Source: Eledone cirrhosa (lineage: Eukaryota). From it: 64,000 bases of DNA. Numbering within the stretch: position 1 is the first letter of the stretch; every line of letters starts with the position of its first letter. Below, piece by piece: positions 49,624-64,000 of this stretch. A model generated the notes under the pieces. The model did not search any database. It worked only from the letters and a program-made list of their open reading frames with translations, and had not been told where the DNA came from. The stretch covers positions 81,406,001-81,470,000 of the forward strand of contig OZ024740.1 in assembly GCA_964016885.1 (NCBI GenBank), written 5' to 3'. Made by a program: the position numbers and the translations under genes.

Positions 49624-51724
49624 TGTCATCTTTAATTATCTGACATGTATGTGTGTTGGTGCTTATTTAACGGAACCCGCTGGCTTATATGTGTGCTGAA
49701 AACAAATGGCAGAGCACTTAATTACTCTCAACTGATATTATTCAATGTAAATATCACTGCCAATTACTATCACCGAGAGCAATGTATAGATATATTAAGG
49801 GAAATACATTTACATTTTCATTCAGTCAAATAAAAGAATGGGTAGGACAATTAAAAATAGGTAAAATATGCAAAAGTACATGTACCAATGTATTAAACAA
49901 AACAAAGGAAATCGGCATTTGAATGCATTCTAATTTGAAGCTACTTCGAACGCAAGAAATCTTTGCTTACCACCTTGGACGTTGAAGGTAATAATAAAGA
50001 GCTTCTAAAAGAAAAAAAGAAACGAAAACAAATTGGAAAATTTAATTAATGAAATGAATATAGAAAAAATGATAACACTAACACTACATTACGAATTACT
50101 CAGAACACTCATAACAGAAATCTAAAAAAACAAAAGAACAAAAAAAAATTATTTCTGTATACTTCTAATTAAATCCCAGTCGGAATTCATTGCATTTGTG
50201 ATGACATTGAAGAGCACACCGTACCACCAATGATAGAAATGTACAAACCTCAGTGACTCATTTTTTTTAATTAACAAAACAAAAGTAATTAATCAATGAA
50301 AACACGGAAACGCCATCGTTAGATATGTAAATAAATATTTACAAGTAACACTGATTAATCAGAGACACTGGGGGTGGGGGTGGGGTCTATATTTAGATTC
50401 AAAAGACAGTTCATTTACAGTAACAAATTAAATCAAGGCTCGTCCTGTTCATTCAATCAGAGAAGCTCTCTTGTAAAGAATTATTAATCTAACTGACATT
50501 GTCACGAATATAATAGACTATATAAATATAACAGACTATATAATCACTATACAAAATGAACTATTTAACACTAAATAACTTTTTCCAACATACGCACAGG
50601 TTAGAAATTTGAGGGGAAATAGTTAAACCAACACCTAATTCCTGAGTAAGATATTATTTTATCAAACCCAACATATCCCTGACTGAGATATATATTCTGG
50701 TAATAATGTATGACGTTTTATTGAATAGATGTCATGCGTATCTACAAACTCATACCCACTAATCCGGGCCCTTAGCATTCCATGATTCTTCCGGATTTAG
50801 CACAAAGACGACAACGAGTCAGTTGTGTTAATGCCCCTCATTGTCATCCTTGTATTGGGCAGGTTCATGTACTGCGTGACAGGCTTATGGGCGATTGTAT
50901 ATCACGGTATCGAATCTCAAAATTACAGCTAGCTTTCACTGTTTAAGAGCAGGAAAGCACTATTATATACCGTCCCGGTCAAAGCAAATTGGATCTTACC
51001 TCGTAACGTCCAGGATAGGGTTTCATACTATGAATCAAAGTTATATGACTTTACTCTTTGAAAATCTACTTGTACCAATATGTACATGGCAATATCTACT
51101 TGGACAATGCGAGATAGTGTTTTGTACCAATATGTACATGGCAATATTTCCATACGGGAATCAATATTTGAACTGACGTTGGTGAAAAACTTTATTTTTC
51201 ATTTTGCTAAGTGAATCATTATCAGTACTACTATACTTATTAACGGTTAAATCATTATTGGTTTCCATTTAATTTATGTTCTTTTTCACTGCAGCTGTCC
51301 TAGTATATTTCTTTCACAGACCTTGCTTCTATTTCTCGTCGAATTAAAAAAAGAGTAAAACAAACAATATGCATATAATTTATTTTCCCTCCTCTCCAAG
51401 GAAAATAATTTGGACAGAATTTATAATTTGGACAACTAAATTCAAAGTTTTCTTCGTCTATTTTGGGATAATTCTATGCAATATAAATTATAAAATACAA
51501 TTGTTGAAAATAATAACACTCAAGTAACTGCAGTCCGAAAACTGAAGCGATGTCAGGACAATGCAGCTGCAACAATAAAAACGATGACAACAGCAATGAT
51601 GATGAAGATGATAATGACAATAATGATGAAGGGGAAGAAAGGTAATGTATATAAAAATACCATTACTAATGATTCATCGTTAACGTCATCTGACAGCTTG
51701 AACTAATAGCATTATATTTAGTGA

Positions 51725-51880
51725 ACGCCATGCTTTGACTCATAGAGTTCCGGCCCTTGCCATTCTGAGTTCAAATCCCGCCGAGGTTAACTTAGCCTTT
51801 CATCCTTACGGGGTCGATAAAATAAAGTACCAGTAATGTACTGGGTATTGCTGGCCTTGGGCCAAAAGTAAAAACAATTA
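51725..51880 (+). mobile_element. tRNA-derived SINE (5' clipped)
   Basis: Same family as 10414. Confidence 0.85.
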
Positions 51881-52312
51881 TATTTAGAGTTTATTTGCTC
51901 ATCTTCTGATATAATTTTATTTATTTAAATAGCCATTAAGAAATAGCTTACTCTATTATAAATGATGAAGTATATTTTGTATTTTGTATGTTCAAATTAT
52001 GTTATCATTAGACATTAGGTGCCACATAGTGATTAGATTCAAGTTAATTTCTAAATAAGACATAATACAAAATGAGAGCAATTGTACCAGATATATATAT
52101 ATATTTTTTTTGTCATCCTAGCTGAGATGAAAGGATGGGAATGCATATATTCGCAGAACTCCCAAATCCAGTGGAATTCATGCTATTCGTATGTTATATT
52201 TTAATTATATTTGTGTTGGAGTGCTATGTTTGTATATACGTTTTTCTCTTTCTCTCTCTCTGTGTCCCTATTTCTCTTTCTCTCACTCTCGCCCTCTCTG
52301 TCTCTCTCTCTC

Positions 52313-52410
<98 letters not shown>

Positions 52411-52411
<1 letters not shown>

Positions 52412-53412
52412 TATGATTAAAGAGTTCTAAACTCAAACAGTCCTTTACAATGAAATAGCTCAAAGAAAGAAGTATTTCTGAGCCGTGTAATACATGTTAA
52501 TATAAATTAATATATATGATAAACACAAATACCAACATATAAGTGTTTGTATTGTAAATGACTAAGTTAGCTAGATTGACAAATACTAATTATAATAATA
52601 CAGTTTGCCTGTCTCGATTTAAAATAATAAATCAATAAAAACAAACCATATTGGAAAATGGCCGTGGTACTTGGACAAATTTAAATTTCAAAATCCAAAC
52701 CTGTTCCGTAGATAAGTTTAAACTTCAAAATCCAAATAAGTTTCGATAAATGAAAAAGGGAAAAAATACCCTATTCAGATCTCATCAGCAAGTACCCTGA
52801 AAAATTGGTATGTTTCACTTCAAAATATTTAAGAAGACTGATCAACGCACATGGTTTCTCAGTGTCTAGATGCCGCATACTCGTGCTGCTAGAAATAACA
52901 GCCGTTTTTATGGGGCTAAAATTAGCTCGACAGAAGGAGCCGTGATACTATGAATAAAGAGTTCTAAACTCAAACAGTCCTTTACAATGAAATAGCTCAA
53001 AGAAAGAAGTATTTCTGAGCCGTGTAATACATGTTAATATAAATTAATATATATGATAAACACAAATACCAACATATAAGTGTTTGTATTGTAAAGGACT
53101 AAGTTAGCTATAATTGAAAAATACTAATTATAATAATACAGTTTGCCTGTCTCGATTTAAAATAATAAATCAATAAAAACAAATCATATTGGCAAATGGC
53201 CGTGGTACTTGAACAAATTTAAATTTCAAAATCCAAACCTGTTCCGTAGATAAGTTTAAACTTCAAAATCCAAATAAGTTTCGATAAATGAAAAAGTGAA
53301 AAAATACCCTATTTACAATTAGTATTTTTCAATCTAGCTAACTTAGTCATTTAGAATACAAACACTTATATGTTGGTATTTGTGTTTATCATATATATTA
53401 ATTTATATTAAC
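52411..53412 (-). mobile_element. Retrozyme/pLTR-like element: 1.7 tandem 537 bp units plus an inverted segment
   Basis: ctatga(t/a)taaagagttctaaactc at 52411 and 52948; 53314-53412 is an inversion of about 52497-52592. Confidence 0.82.
52666..52796 (-). ncRNA. Hammerhead ribozyme with 8 bp stem I and long stems II and III
   Basis: Minus strand ggtacttg-CTGATGA-gat..tgaa..aggg/ccct..ttca..atc-GAAAC-(about 63 nt)-GTC-caagtacc. Confidence 0.78.
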
Positions 53413-53424
53413 TTGTATATATAT

Positions 53425-55119
<1,695 letters not shown>

Positions 55120-55761
55120 AAGAGAGAGAGAAATATACAGAAGAAAATTTAGGTAAATTTTATCCGTCTGTTCTTCAAACTTATTATATATAGCTCTGAT
55201 TAATGATTATTTGTTTAATTAATTCATTCATTGAGCCACACCGTTGAAGGTTGACTACACTCATATATGTGTCTATACTTATGTTTAACTATATATGTAT
55301 TTCTTCTGACTTTGTTCTAACTCCCATACAGTTGTGTAATAATTAGGCTGTAACTAACTGCTTCTTTTAGCAATGAACTTACTTGCCATCAGTCTGTCTT
55401 TCCTTCACAACACTTCTATCTTGACCGTTAGAGACGTAATAGTTTCCTTCCTTTTGAATCTGTTGATGGCGACAATCACTTTGGAAAACAATGGTCCTAA
55501 CTGAGGGAGACCCATGACAAGCTTGACGCCTCATGGATAATGTGCACATGCAACGATTTTGCACTTGTTTTCCACATAGCACATGCAAAGCCACCGGCAG
55601 TCGAGGCTAGAAGAAGATCGGTATATATTTCTCTATCTATTCTTCGATCTTACATCATAAACTTAGCTCCGTTTAATTGATATTTTATTTAATTAATTTC
55701 CCTGGACTAAGAAGAAAATTAGGTAATTTTTTCTTGTCTGTTCTTCAACCTTATAAAATTG

Positions 55762-55799
<38 letters not shown>

Positions 55800-55808
55800 C
55801 AAGCATGA

Positions 55809-55840
<32 letters not shown>

Positions 55841-55992
55841 GTGTGTGTTTATGATGATTCCCCTATAACTGTTACGCTGTGCAGCTGATGATATAGCTGG
55901 AATTCTACTGTCCATTGGAATATATTGTGCCTGCAAGAGTACAAACTTTAACGGAATTTCAATTTCCCGGGCACCTTTCACTTTTTTCAATA

Positions 55993-56084
<92 letters not shown>

Positions 56085-56535
56085 GTAATCTGAGTTTTTC
56101 GAATATTAATAATAACATTCGATTCGTTTGCAATTACGCAAACAAGCCTCAATTTTATAGCCATGTCAGTAGAATGAACCCTCCACTATTGCTCTTGTGT
56201 TGGCATGCGAACAGAACTGCAGCAACTAATGTTTCTGGGTATCACCCTCCATCAGTACAGCTCACTGTTCACCTGCCAAACTGTCAGAGCTATAAAATTG
56301 AGGCTTCTTTACATAATTGCAAACGAATCGAATGTTATTATTAATATTCGAAAAACTCAGATTACATTTATTGTATTCACCCATGTAGAGCGGACTTTTC
56401 TTTATATATATATATATATGAAAAAACTTTAACCCCGACGGCAGAGCTCAATCCGTTTCGACGTATTTAGTACTCTGTTGCGTTATGGTCCATCTGGTTC
56501 CTTACCACACTTCCTTCGTTATATATATATATATA

Positions 56536-57237
56536 CTAGCAGATTTACCCGGCGTTGCCCGGGCTTTGAAATTATGCTAAGAATATACAACTGGGAAGTA
56601 AAAGAAGATAATTATTTGTCCCCAACCTTTCAAAAGCAGAAGTCTTCAATAATTAATGCAAACACATATTTAGTGCAATCTTTGTACACATAAAACTATG
56701 GTGATAATGAAGGAAAATTTTGTTTTAACTGATTTCTTCATTGTAATAATAGTTTTTTTAAATAAATTCACGGTATCCTGGAAGCATAGATAATGCCTGC
56801 CTCAAATGAGGACGAAATTACTATACAAATGTAAAAGTTGTAGGTCCCAACCGTTTGAATGGAAAGTCCCATAGGGATTGTTTTTAGATTGATTTCTCCC
56901 TTAAAGCATACACCTTAGAAAAAATAATCATCTTGCATTACCTCGAGGCCATAGGCAATGCCTGCCTCACATTTGGTAAAAAAAAACTCGAAAAATGTAA
57001 AAGTAATTGCAACTTTAATTTGCATGGATTATCCCATAAGGATTTTGTCTTCATTATTATCTCCCTTACATCATGCACTTTAGAAAAAATAATTCAACGT
57101 GGGTCGATTTGAAAAAAATCTTGTGATGTGACCATCTTAGCGACAAGTGCAACATGCACAGAAAATTGGGTCAAGTAAAGTTGGGAATTGTAAAAGCCTT
57201 AGGTGTCCAAATTTGTGTACAGACACACACATCCTCG

Positions 57238-57281
<44 letters not shown>
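56536..57281 (-). mobile_element. Non-autonomous Helitron
   Basis: a-ctag at 56536 next to hairpin cccggcgttgcccggg; minus-strand 5' end tctata..taaaagcgaggatgtgtg. Confidence 0.75.
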
Positions 57282-57311
<30 letters not shown>

Positions 57312-57338
57312 GAGTGAGAGTGAGAGAGCGAGAGAGAG

Positions 57339-57387
<49 letters not shown>

Positions 57388-58089
57388 TAGATAGATGGAT
57401 GGATAGATATATAGCTAGATTGATGTATGGATAGATAGATATTGGTCATGAGTCTTAGAAATAAAGAAAAAGCGAATGAAAACAGATAGAAAAGTACATA
57501 ATAATCTTTATTGTTTCCAAATTGGTATACTAATTTGATTTTTGAATTTCAGCTCATACTTATATTTTATTTAGATGGCAAGAAACGGGGAGATACATAA
57601 GGAAATACTACTCCCATACTTCGGAGTGGACCGATGCTTCAATTACAATTAAACTAGAGTGAACTCAAGAAAAATGCCAGTTAGCTTCTTGTCATGGAGT
57701 CGCATTCCAACACGATAGTTCGATATCTGGCAAATGTATATGCTTTAATCGTTCCATTCTTCAAAACATTCATTGTCTCTGTTACTATGGTCTGTCTCAT
57801 TACATGTCACGTCCTGAAATATCTCCCCGATTACCATCTATTGTTTGCCCTTGTCAGATATAATGCGTTTATTAAAATATAACCCCTCAAATCCCTTTTC
57901 CCAAAACACAAAAAGATAACACTGAACATCCACCCTGTACATCAACAAGAACACAACTTATAATATGGGCGCATTTGTGTATACCGATTTCGCTCTATCT
58001 CTCCGCCTCCTCTCTCGCTATATATATATATAGTAGGAAGTTATAGTTCAATTGAAGCATTGTGTAATGAGGTATACACGTTTGTATAT

Positions 58090-58543
58090 ATATAATAAAG
58101 ACAAAACAATGCAGGTATGGACATAGAATAAAGAATGCAAATGCAAAAGATATTGTTGACAATTAGTCTTTTACCTTAGACTTATTTAAATGTCCTTAAT
58201 TTTCGAGATAATATCTCTTCTTCGGAGGGAAGTAAAGCGGTTAAACCAGTGTTCTAAATAGCTTGCCAAGTAATGCTGACAGAAAATGGTATAGAGTATA
58301 TGTTCTATCTCTAATGTCAAAGAGTTAAGGTTATGTGGATAAAGAGTAGTCTCCCTTTAAAAGTTTTTTTTGTACATGCCTGTTTAAGTGTGTGGGAGAA
58401 TGCGTGAAGGTGTAAGTATGTGTGTGTGTGTGAGTGTGAGAAGATATGTCTATACGTAAATGTGGGGGATAGATGTTATCTCGTGTTAGAACTGGTCTTT
58501 GTGTGTGTATGTCTGTGTGTGAGAGAGAATAAGTGGAGATCTA

Positions 58544-58591
<48 letters not shown>

Positions 58592-60410
58592 GGTGTGTGT
58601 GTGTGTGTGTGTGTGCGTGTATGTGTGCGTGTGTATGTGAAGGGGTGTAAATATGGGCCTAGATTCCCTATCAAGTTATAAATTGGGTGTTGTGTTCTAG
58701 TCTATTATTGATTGGTGGGTGTGTTTTGTCTATAATTAGTGCTTCCTTAATTCTAAGATTGCCGAGCTTTCTTTCCTTAGTTTCTATCCTAACTGTTATG
58801 GTTTTGTCGGTGTTTTTGCATTTAACTAGGTGTTTCTTAAATGAGGAAGCGTTAGTATTGAGGTGTACTTTTATTCTTATGTGGAGTGGTCTGGTGGTGT
58901 TACCTACGTAGAAGTTGCTGCATTTGTCGCACTCTAGTCTGTATACGACGTAAGCCTGGTGCATAGGTCTGTGCCGTTGATGGGGCAGTTGGCTAGCCTG
59001 CAGCGGTTGTCATGTCTGGTGGAGTGTCTGTTGGTTAGCTGTCCGCGTAGAGAAGGTCCTGAGTGGGCCAGTTGGATATCTAGTCCCTCTCATCTGATAG
59101 CTCTGCGGATGGCTGTTGTTGTTTCGTCACTGACGTCTGGGAGCTTCAGGAAGCAAGTGTTAGTGTCTCGGGAGTGGTGTCCTCTGTTCTCTCTGGCACG
59201 GTTTGTGGTAGATGTCCTGTATCCGTTCAGTTTGAGTACTTCCAGGAAATGTGTGGTGTGTGTGTCTCGGTCTCTAGCGTCGGTGCATTTGTTCCGGATA
59301 CGTGTTAGTTCGTTCCTTATGTATCCGAACTTAGCACCGGCTGGAGGGCCGATCGGAAATGTACGAACAGGTCCCTGCTGGCGGCTTTTTTATAGAAGCA
59401 GGTGTGGATGTTGCCTTCATCTGTTACCCTGAGTTGGAATTCCAGTAGGGATAGGGATCCGCGGTCATCGGGGTGTTCCATGCTGAACTTTATACTGGCA
59501 TCCATGCTGGAGAATGTTGTGTATATTTTATCCGCCTCCTCACAGGATGATGTAAGGATGAGTATGTGATCTACATATCGGGTGAAGAAGGTATGGGAAT
59601 GGCAGGTGTTGATGGCTCGGCATTCTAGCTGGTTCATATAGGTGATGGCCAGCAGACCCGTTAGGCTGGATCCCATGGGTAATCCTGTTTTCTGTCTGTA
59701 TGTCTGGTGGTGGAAGGTGAAGTACGTTTTGTCCACTGTGAAGGACAAAAGCTGGTGTATGTCCGTCGGATGTAGGCCGTAGTAGTGGATGTCCTCTGCG
59801 ACCACGCAGTCCGTCAATAAATCGACAGCTGGATGAGTGGGGACTGTAGTGTAGAGGGAGACAACGTCGAGGCTAAAGGCGTATATATTTAGTTTAAGTT
59901 GTTGTGGCTGGAGTTGGTGTAGTCTACGTATGACTTAGTCGGAGCTACTGACATGCCCGGGAAAGGTGGAGAGTAGAGGCTTGAGGACCTGGGAGAGGAG
60001 CCAGGAAATATTGTATATGTGTGCTTCCATGCTAGAGACGATGGGTCTTATTTGTGTCTTAGTACTATTCTTGTGGGTCTTGACGAGGTGGTAGAAAGTG
60101 GGCAGTCTGCTATTTCTTGTGGTGTAGTTGAGCTTAACTTTATTTGGGAGTTGTCTTCTCCTACAGATGTCGAACCAGATGGAGTTGGTCTGTTTTTCGA
60201 TCTGGGCTGCAGTCATGTCCGGGATCTCTGTATATAGTTCATTGTCGCTTAGGTGTCAAAGGCTAGGTTGTTGTATGTGGCTTGACAGATGACGCAAACC
60301 TCTTTACCTTTATCGGATGGTAAGTAAATAAGTTCCCTATTCCGTAGGTTCTTCAGGGCGAGTTGTTGTGTCCTGGAAAGGTTTGGGGCAATCTTCTTCG
60401 GTTTCCTTAA
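58090..60410 (-). mobile_element. Penelope/Poseidon-type PLE, decayed, 5'-truncated
   Basis: LVKTHK..IRPIVSS, SLDVVSLYT, QKTGLPMGS, RYVD, VVYRLECDKC..YVGNTTRPL..IKEAL. Confidence 0.92.
58194..58229 (-). ncRNA. pLTR hammerhead ribozyme, C4 variant (stem III reduced)
   Basis: Minus strand cct-CCGAAGA-a-gagat att atctc-GAAA-at-TA-agg. Confidence 0.55.
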
Positions 60411-60411
60411 G

Positions 60412-62225
60412 ATGTTAAATACGGAATGTTTTGAAGAATGTTTTGAAGAAAAGCTCTCGAGGCTAAAACATTCTGTGAATGTTTGGAATGAAGATGTACC
60501 GCAGGACTGGAAAGTTGTATTGATGGTGTGTACTTTACTAAGGAGAGGGAGTCAAAGACGACTGTGGACACTACAAAGGTATTTCACTGCTATCTTTGGC
60601 TGGGAAGATCTTGTGCAATAAATCGTTAGACAGATTGATACAGCACTTACTGAGTCCCAATGTGGCTTTAGGAATATCAGAGGCACTCTTGACATGGTCT
60701 TCACGGCTAAACATCTTCAAGAGAAATGCATTCAGTAGCGCATGGACTTATACCAAGTTTTTGCCAATCTGACAAGGCATTTGACACCGTAAATCAGAAA
60801 GTTTTGGGGGGTTATTTTGGAGAGATTGTGCTATCCTGAAAGGTTTGTGAACATGCTCAAGCTGTTCCATCATGACATGTAGGCATGAATAAACATCCGA
60901 AGTAAACTGTCTGAGCCAATCACGGTTGAAAATGGTGTCAAGCAAGGTGATATACCTGCACCGATTTTGTTTGCCTTTATTTTGCAATGGTGTTCTTCAT
61001 GGCCTTCAAGGATTGTCAACACGGTATCTATCTCAAATATCGCACTCCCGGCAAGCTGTTCAACCTCAGTTGTCTCACTGCCAACACCAAGGTACTGAGT
61101 AACTTGATCTGAGAATTTCTGTATGCAGATGATTGTCATTTATTTGCATATTCCCAGAGTAACATGCAACAGCTAATGGATTATTTATCCAATGCGTACA
61201 GTGCTTTGGGACTGACAATCAGTCTGAAGAAGACTGTGGTCATGTACCAACCTGCTCCGGATAAAGTTTTCAATGAACCATCCATATATATATAGGGTCA
61301 AAAGCTGAAGGTTGCTGACAGATCTGTGTATTTCGTGGGTACTCTGAGTGTGACCAGCTCTCTGGATGCAGAAGTTGGTCTGCGTGTTAATAAAGCAAGT
61401 GAATCATTTGGAAGGCTTAGCGACCGTCTTTGGTGCAGGCGAGGAATCACAATGAAGACCAAGGTGAAAGTGTATTCCACATGTGTACTGTTGGCATTGC
61501 TGTATGCATGTGAAAAATTGGTTGCATAAGAAACGGCATATCACAAGACTGGAACGATTTCACCAGCAGTGTCTCAGAAAGTTGCTCGGTATCAGATGGC
61601 AGATGCATGTGAGTGATGTTGAGGCCCTTGGGAGAAGCGAGTGTTGGAGCATTGAAAGTATCACCCACCAACGACGTTTGCGATGGACCGCCCAGCTCTG
61701 CAGAATGGAGGATGATCGAATCCGGAAACAACTTTTTTAAGGTGAGCTTTGTATAGGTAAGAGACCGCCCCACACAACAAAGCTCCAATTTAAAGATTGT
61801 GTAAAGGAATCATTGAAAAGAATTGGTTTAATGGTGGGTGACTGGGAGATGGAAACTCTTCATATAGAAGGTCCCGAAAGGCGTGGAATGGTGAATGATG
61901 GGATCCATAAATTTTAGGAGAGACGATAGAGGACGAGAATAACAAACGGGATGCGCCTAAGCAATGCCCTGCTATATCTCTTGAAACGATCGGTGACTCC
62001 ATTGATCTGATGTGCTCTGAGTATGGAAAGAATTGCTTGAGCAACAGTCGCAGCCATGTTCAAATAGAACCAGTGAAATATGTTCTCCACGGAATTGTGA
62101 AGATTTACAGGCAACATGATACAAGATGTGAGGCCGGGGAGGTCCATAGTTATCGTCAATATGCGAAGGAGTGCAAGTCTCTAGCGGGCTTGAGAAGCCA
62201 TATCCGAGCGTCATATATTTGAATT
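60412..62225 (+). mobile_element. Decayed RTE-clade LINE (RT and C-terminal part)
   Basis: VPQDWK, ESQCGFR..RGTLDMVF, GVKQGD, FLYADD, RLERFHQQCLRKLLGIRWQ, terminal KSLAGLRSHIR; many stops. Confidence 0.88.
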
Positions 62226-62756
62226 GATATTTTACGTCTTGCAATTGATGGTAGTGCTGTTCTCTAGATGTTTATGTTTCTATATATAATCATAAAGCTT
62301 TGAAAGCACTCGAACCCAACTGGAAGTCATATTATTTATTCTATTTAATAGATTCTCAATTTATTTCGAAGAAAAAGATGTACACACTGCCTGACATTTA
62401 ACAGAAAACGCCTTATTTATTGCTTTACTGTACGTGACTCCAGTGACCCCGGCAGAGACAATAAGTTGAATGCCGTGGAGCATTTAGTATGTAAGCTTAT
62501 CATATCTACTATCATCATCTCTCAGCACCCTATCTTTCAATTAATATATCAACTAGAAATATCATTTACGCTTTTCACATAAATTTGTCTCAGAATTGCA
62601 CTCATTAGAGATTATGAATAAATGACTTGCCTTACGATCGGTCCTCATTACACAATGATTTGATAATATCTAGAATTATATATATTCATACATATGGCCT
62701 CAGCAGGATGGAAGGAACAGGTAAGATTAAAATAATATGTATATATGTATATATAT

Positions 62757-62790
62757 ACTAGCAGAATGACCCGGCGTTGCTCGGGTTCTA
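62757..62790 (-). mobile_element. Isolated Helitron 3' terminus
   Basis: actagcagaatgacccggcgttgctcggg, like the 56536 end. Confidence 0.65.
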
Positions 62791-62821
62791 AACATAGATT
62801 GGCATATATATATATATATAT

Positions 62822-63429
62822 GGTGGCTGCCAACTCGTTCTCGAGTACGGCCAATACTTTATATCCATGTAGGAGAACTCCTCCCGATGCGGTGAACGAG
62901 TGTGACTTTTTAGTCCAGCCAGCGACTTGAAGACTCTGGTACAAACACTACATTTGTGACAATTATTGACACATTGTGGTGAGCCCATGGCACCATGTGA
63001 CGACAAGTGCAGAGAGATCTTCAGATATAAAGCAATGCCTGTGCTGTGAAGCTTTTATAGTGAGCAAAGGCACTGCACAAAGCCAGTCCCACTCTCTTAA
63101 CCAATATGATATTTACCAAAAAGAAGAACAAGTCAACATCATTGGATACCATCAGGGTTGCAGGTGTTATATCAGAGTTTTCCGTCTCCTAGAATTCTGC
63201 CTTGACAAAGGCTAAAGGGTCATCTCTCCCGGTGATGTTGGATTGCCATTGACTATTAAGAGCTCCTTTGTCTTTTGACAGGTTTTGTTTTTAGTCCTGC
63301 AGGATGTCCAAAGTCACCCTCCTCACCAAGAAACCTTGGTGGCGTTGCCAGTTTAGTCGCCAACCACCCGACCATGAGACAGGTTGTACTGGGATACATG
63401 TTTCCAGTAGCACGAAATGGTGACCTGAC

Positions 63430-63430
<1 letters not shown>
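62822..63430 (-). mobile_element. RTE LINE-derived remnant with C2H2-like tail
   Basis: Minus strand CSVCTRVFKSLAGLKSHTR, similar to the end of the LINE at 62160-62215. Confidence 0.55.
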
Positions 63431-63478
<48 letters not shown>

Positions 63479-63481
<3 letters not shown>

Positions 63482-63606
63482 TTAATATAGATGAGATTCT
63501 ACAGGACTAGAACTGTTTCATTCTTTAGAAATCATCAGGAGATTCCTGATGATTTCTAAAGAATGAAACAGTTCTAGTCCTGTAGAATCTCATCTATATT
63601 AAAACT
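63479..63606. repeat. Near-perfect 128 bp fold-back of an HHR
   Basis: gttttaatatagatgagattc...atcatcagga-gat-tcctgatgat...gaatctcatctatattaaaac. Confidence 0.92.
63541..63589 (+). ncRNA. Type I hammerhead ribozyme
   Basis: gattc-CTGATGA-t-ttct aa agaa-t-GAAAC-ag ttctagtc ct-GTA-gaatc; degenerate relative at 27645-27705. Confidence 0.88.
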
Positions 63607-63672
63607 TTTATACTCTGCTATGTATTGAGTACCTTACTTACTGTGGTTACCTCCGATTCAACCCGGAATAAC

Positions 63673-63758
<86 letters not shown>

Positions 63759-63883
63759 ATATATACATATATATATGTGTGTGGGTGTGTGTGTGTACAT
63801 GTATATATATGTATATATATATACTTACATGTGTGGGTGTGGGTGGGTGTACATATATATATATATTGTGTGTGTGTATATAT

Positions 63884-63916
<33 letters not shown>

Positions 63917-63918
<2 letters not shown>

Positions 63919-64000
63919 CATGGACACACTGGAAGAGGAAGACCAAGGTTAACGTATGTTGATGCCCTAAGGACAGACACTGGTCTGTTGGAGACGCAGG
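63917..64000 (+). mobile_element. LINE 3' fragment running off the window
   Basis: [23 protein letters not shown] resembles the GRP motif at the C-terminus of RTE-like ORF2. Confidence 0.6.

Noticed and set aside
55380-55600. Tc1/mariner N-terminal HTH remnant
   Set aside because: Only faint similarity, with stops, and no TIRs identified.

Overview
AT-rich, microsatellite-dense animal genomic DNA with no convincing host exon. The tRNA-head SINE and the repeat mix suggest an octopus or other cephalopod (inference). The window is almost entirely mobile DNA: at least five Penelope-like retroelements (PLEs; RT + GIY-YIG), a decayed Rep/Helicase Helitron plus non-autonomous Helitrons, RTE-type LINE fragments and SINEs. 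Most ORFs in the track are microsatellite read-through. The hidden structure is more than 25 type I hammerhead ribozyme (HHR) motifs, found by eye, in PLE pseudo-LTRs and in short non-coding tandem or fold-back elements (retrozyme-like). Four unrelated families carry a covariant catalytic core, UUGANAA (U3-A8 instead of C3-G8), with compensatory changes in all three stems between two subfamilies. Others have a CCGANGA core, mismatched 10.1-11.1 pairs or very long stems II/III. Many elements are inserted in (TA)n as head-to-head fold-backs, the largest being a spacer-less 3.8 kb PLE palindrome centred at 24817/24818. All folds are manual and no ribozyme activity is demonstrated.
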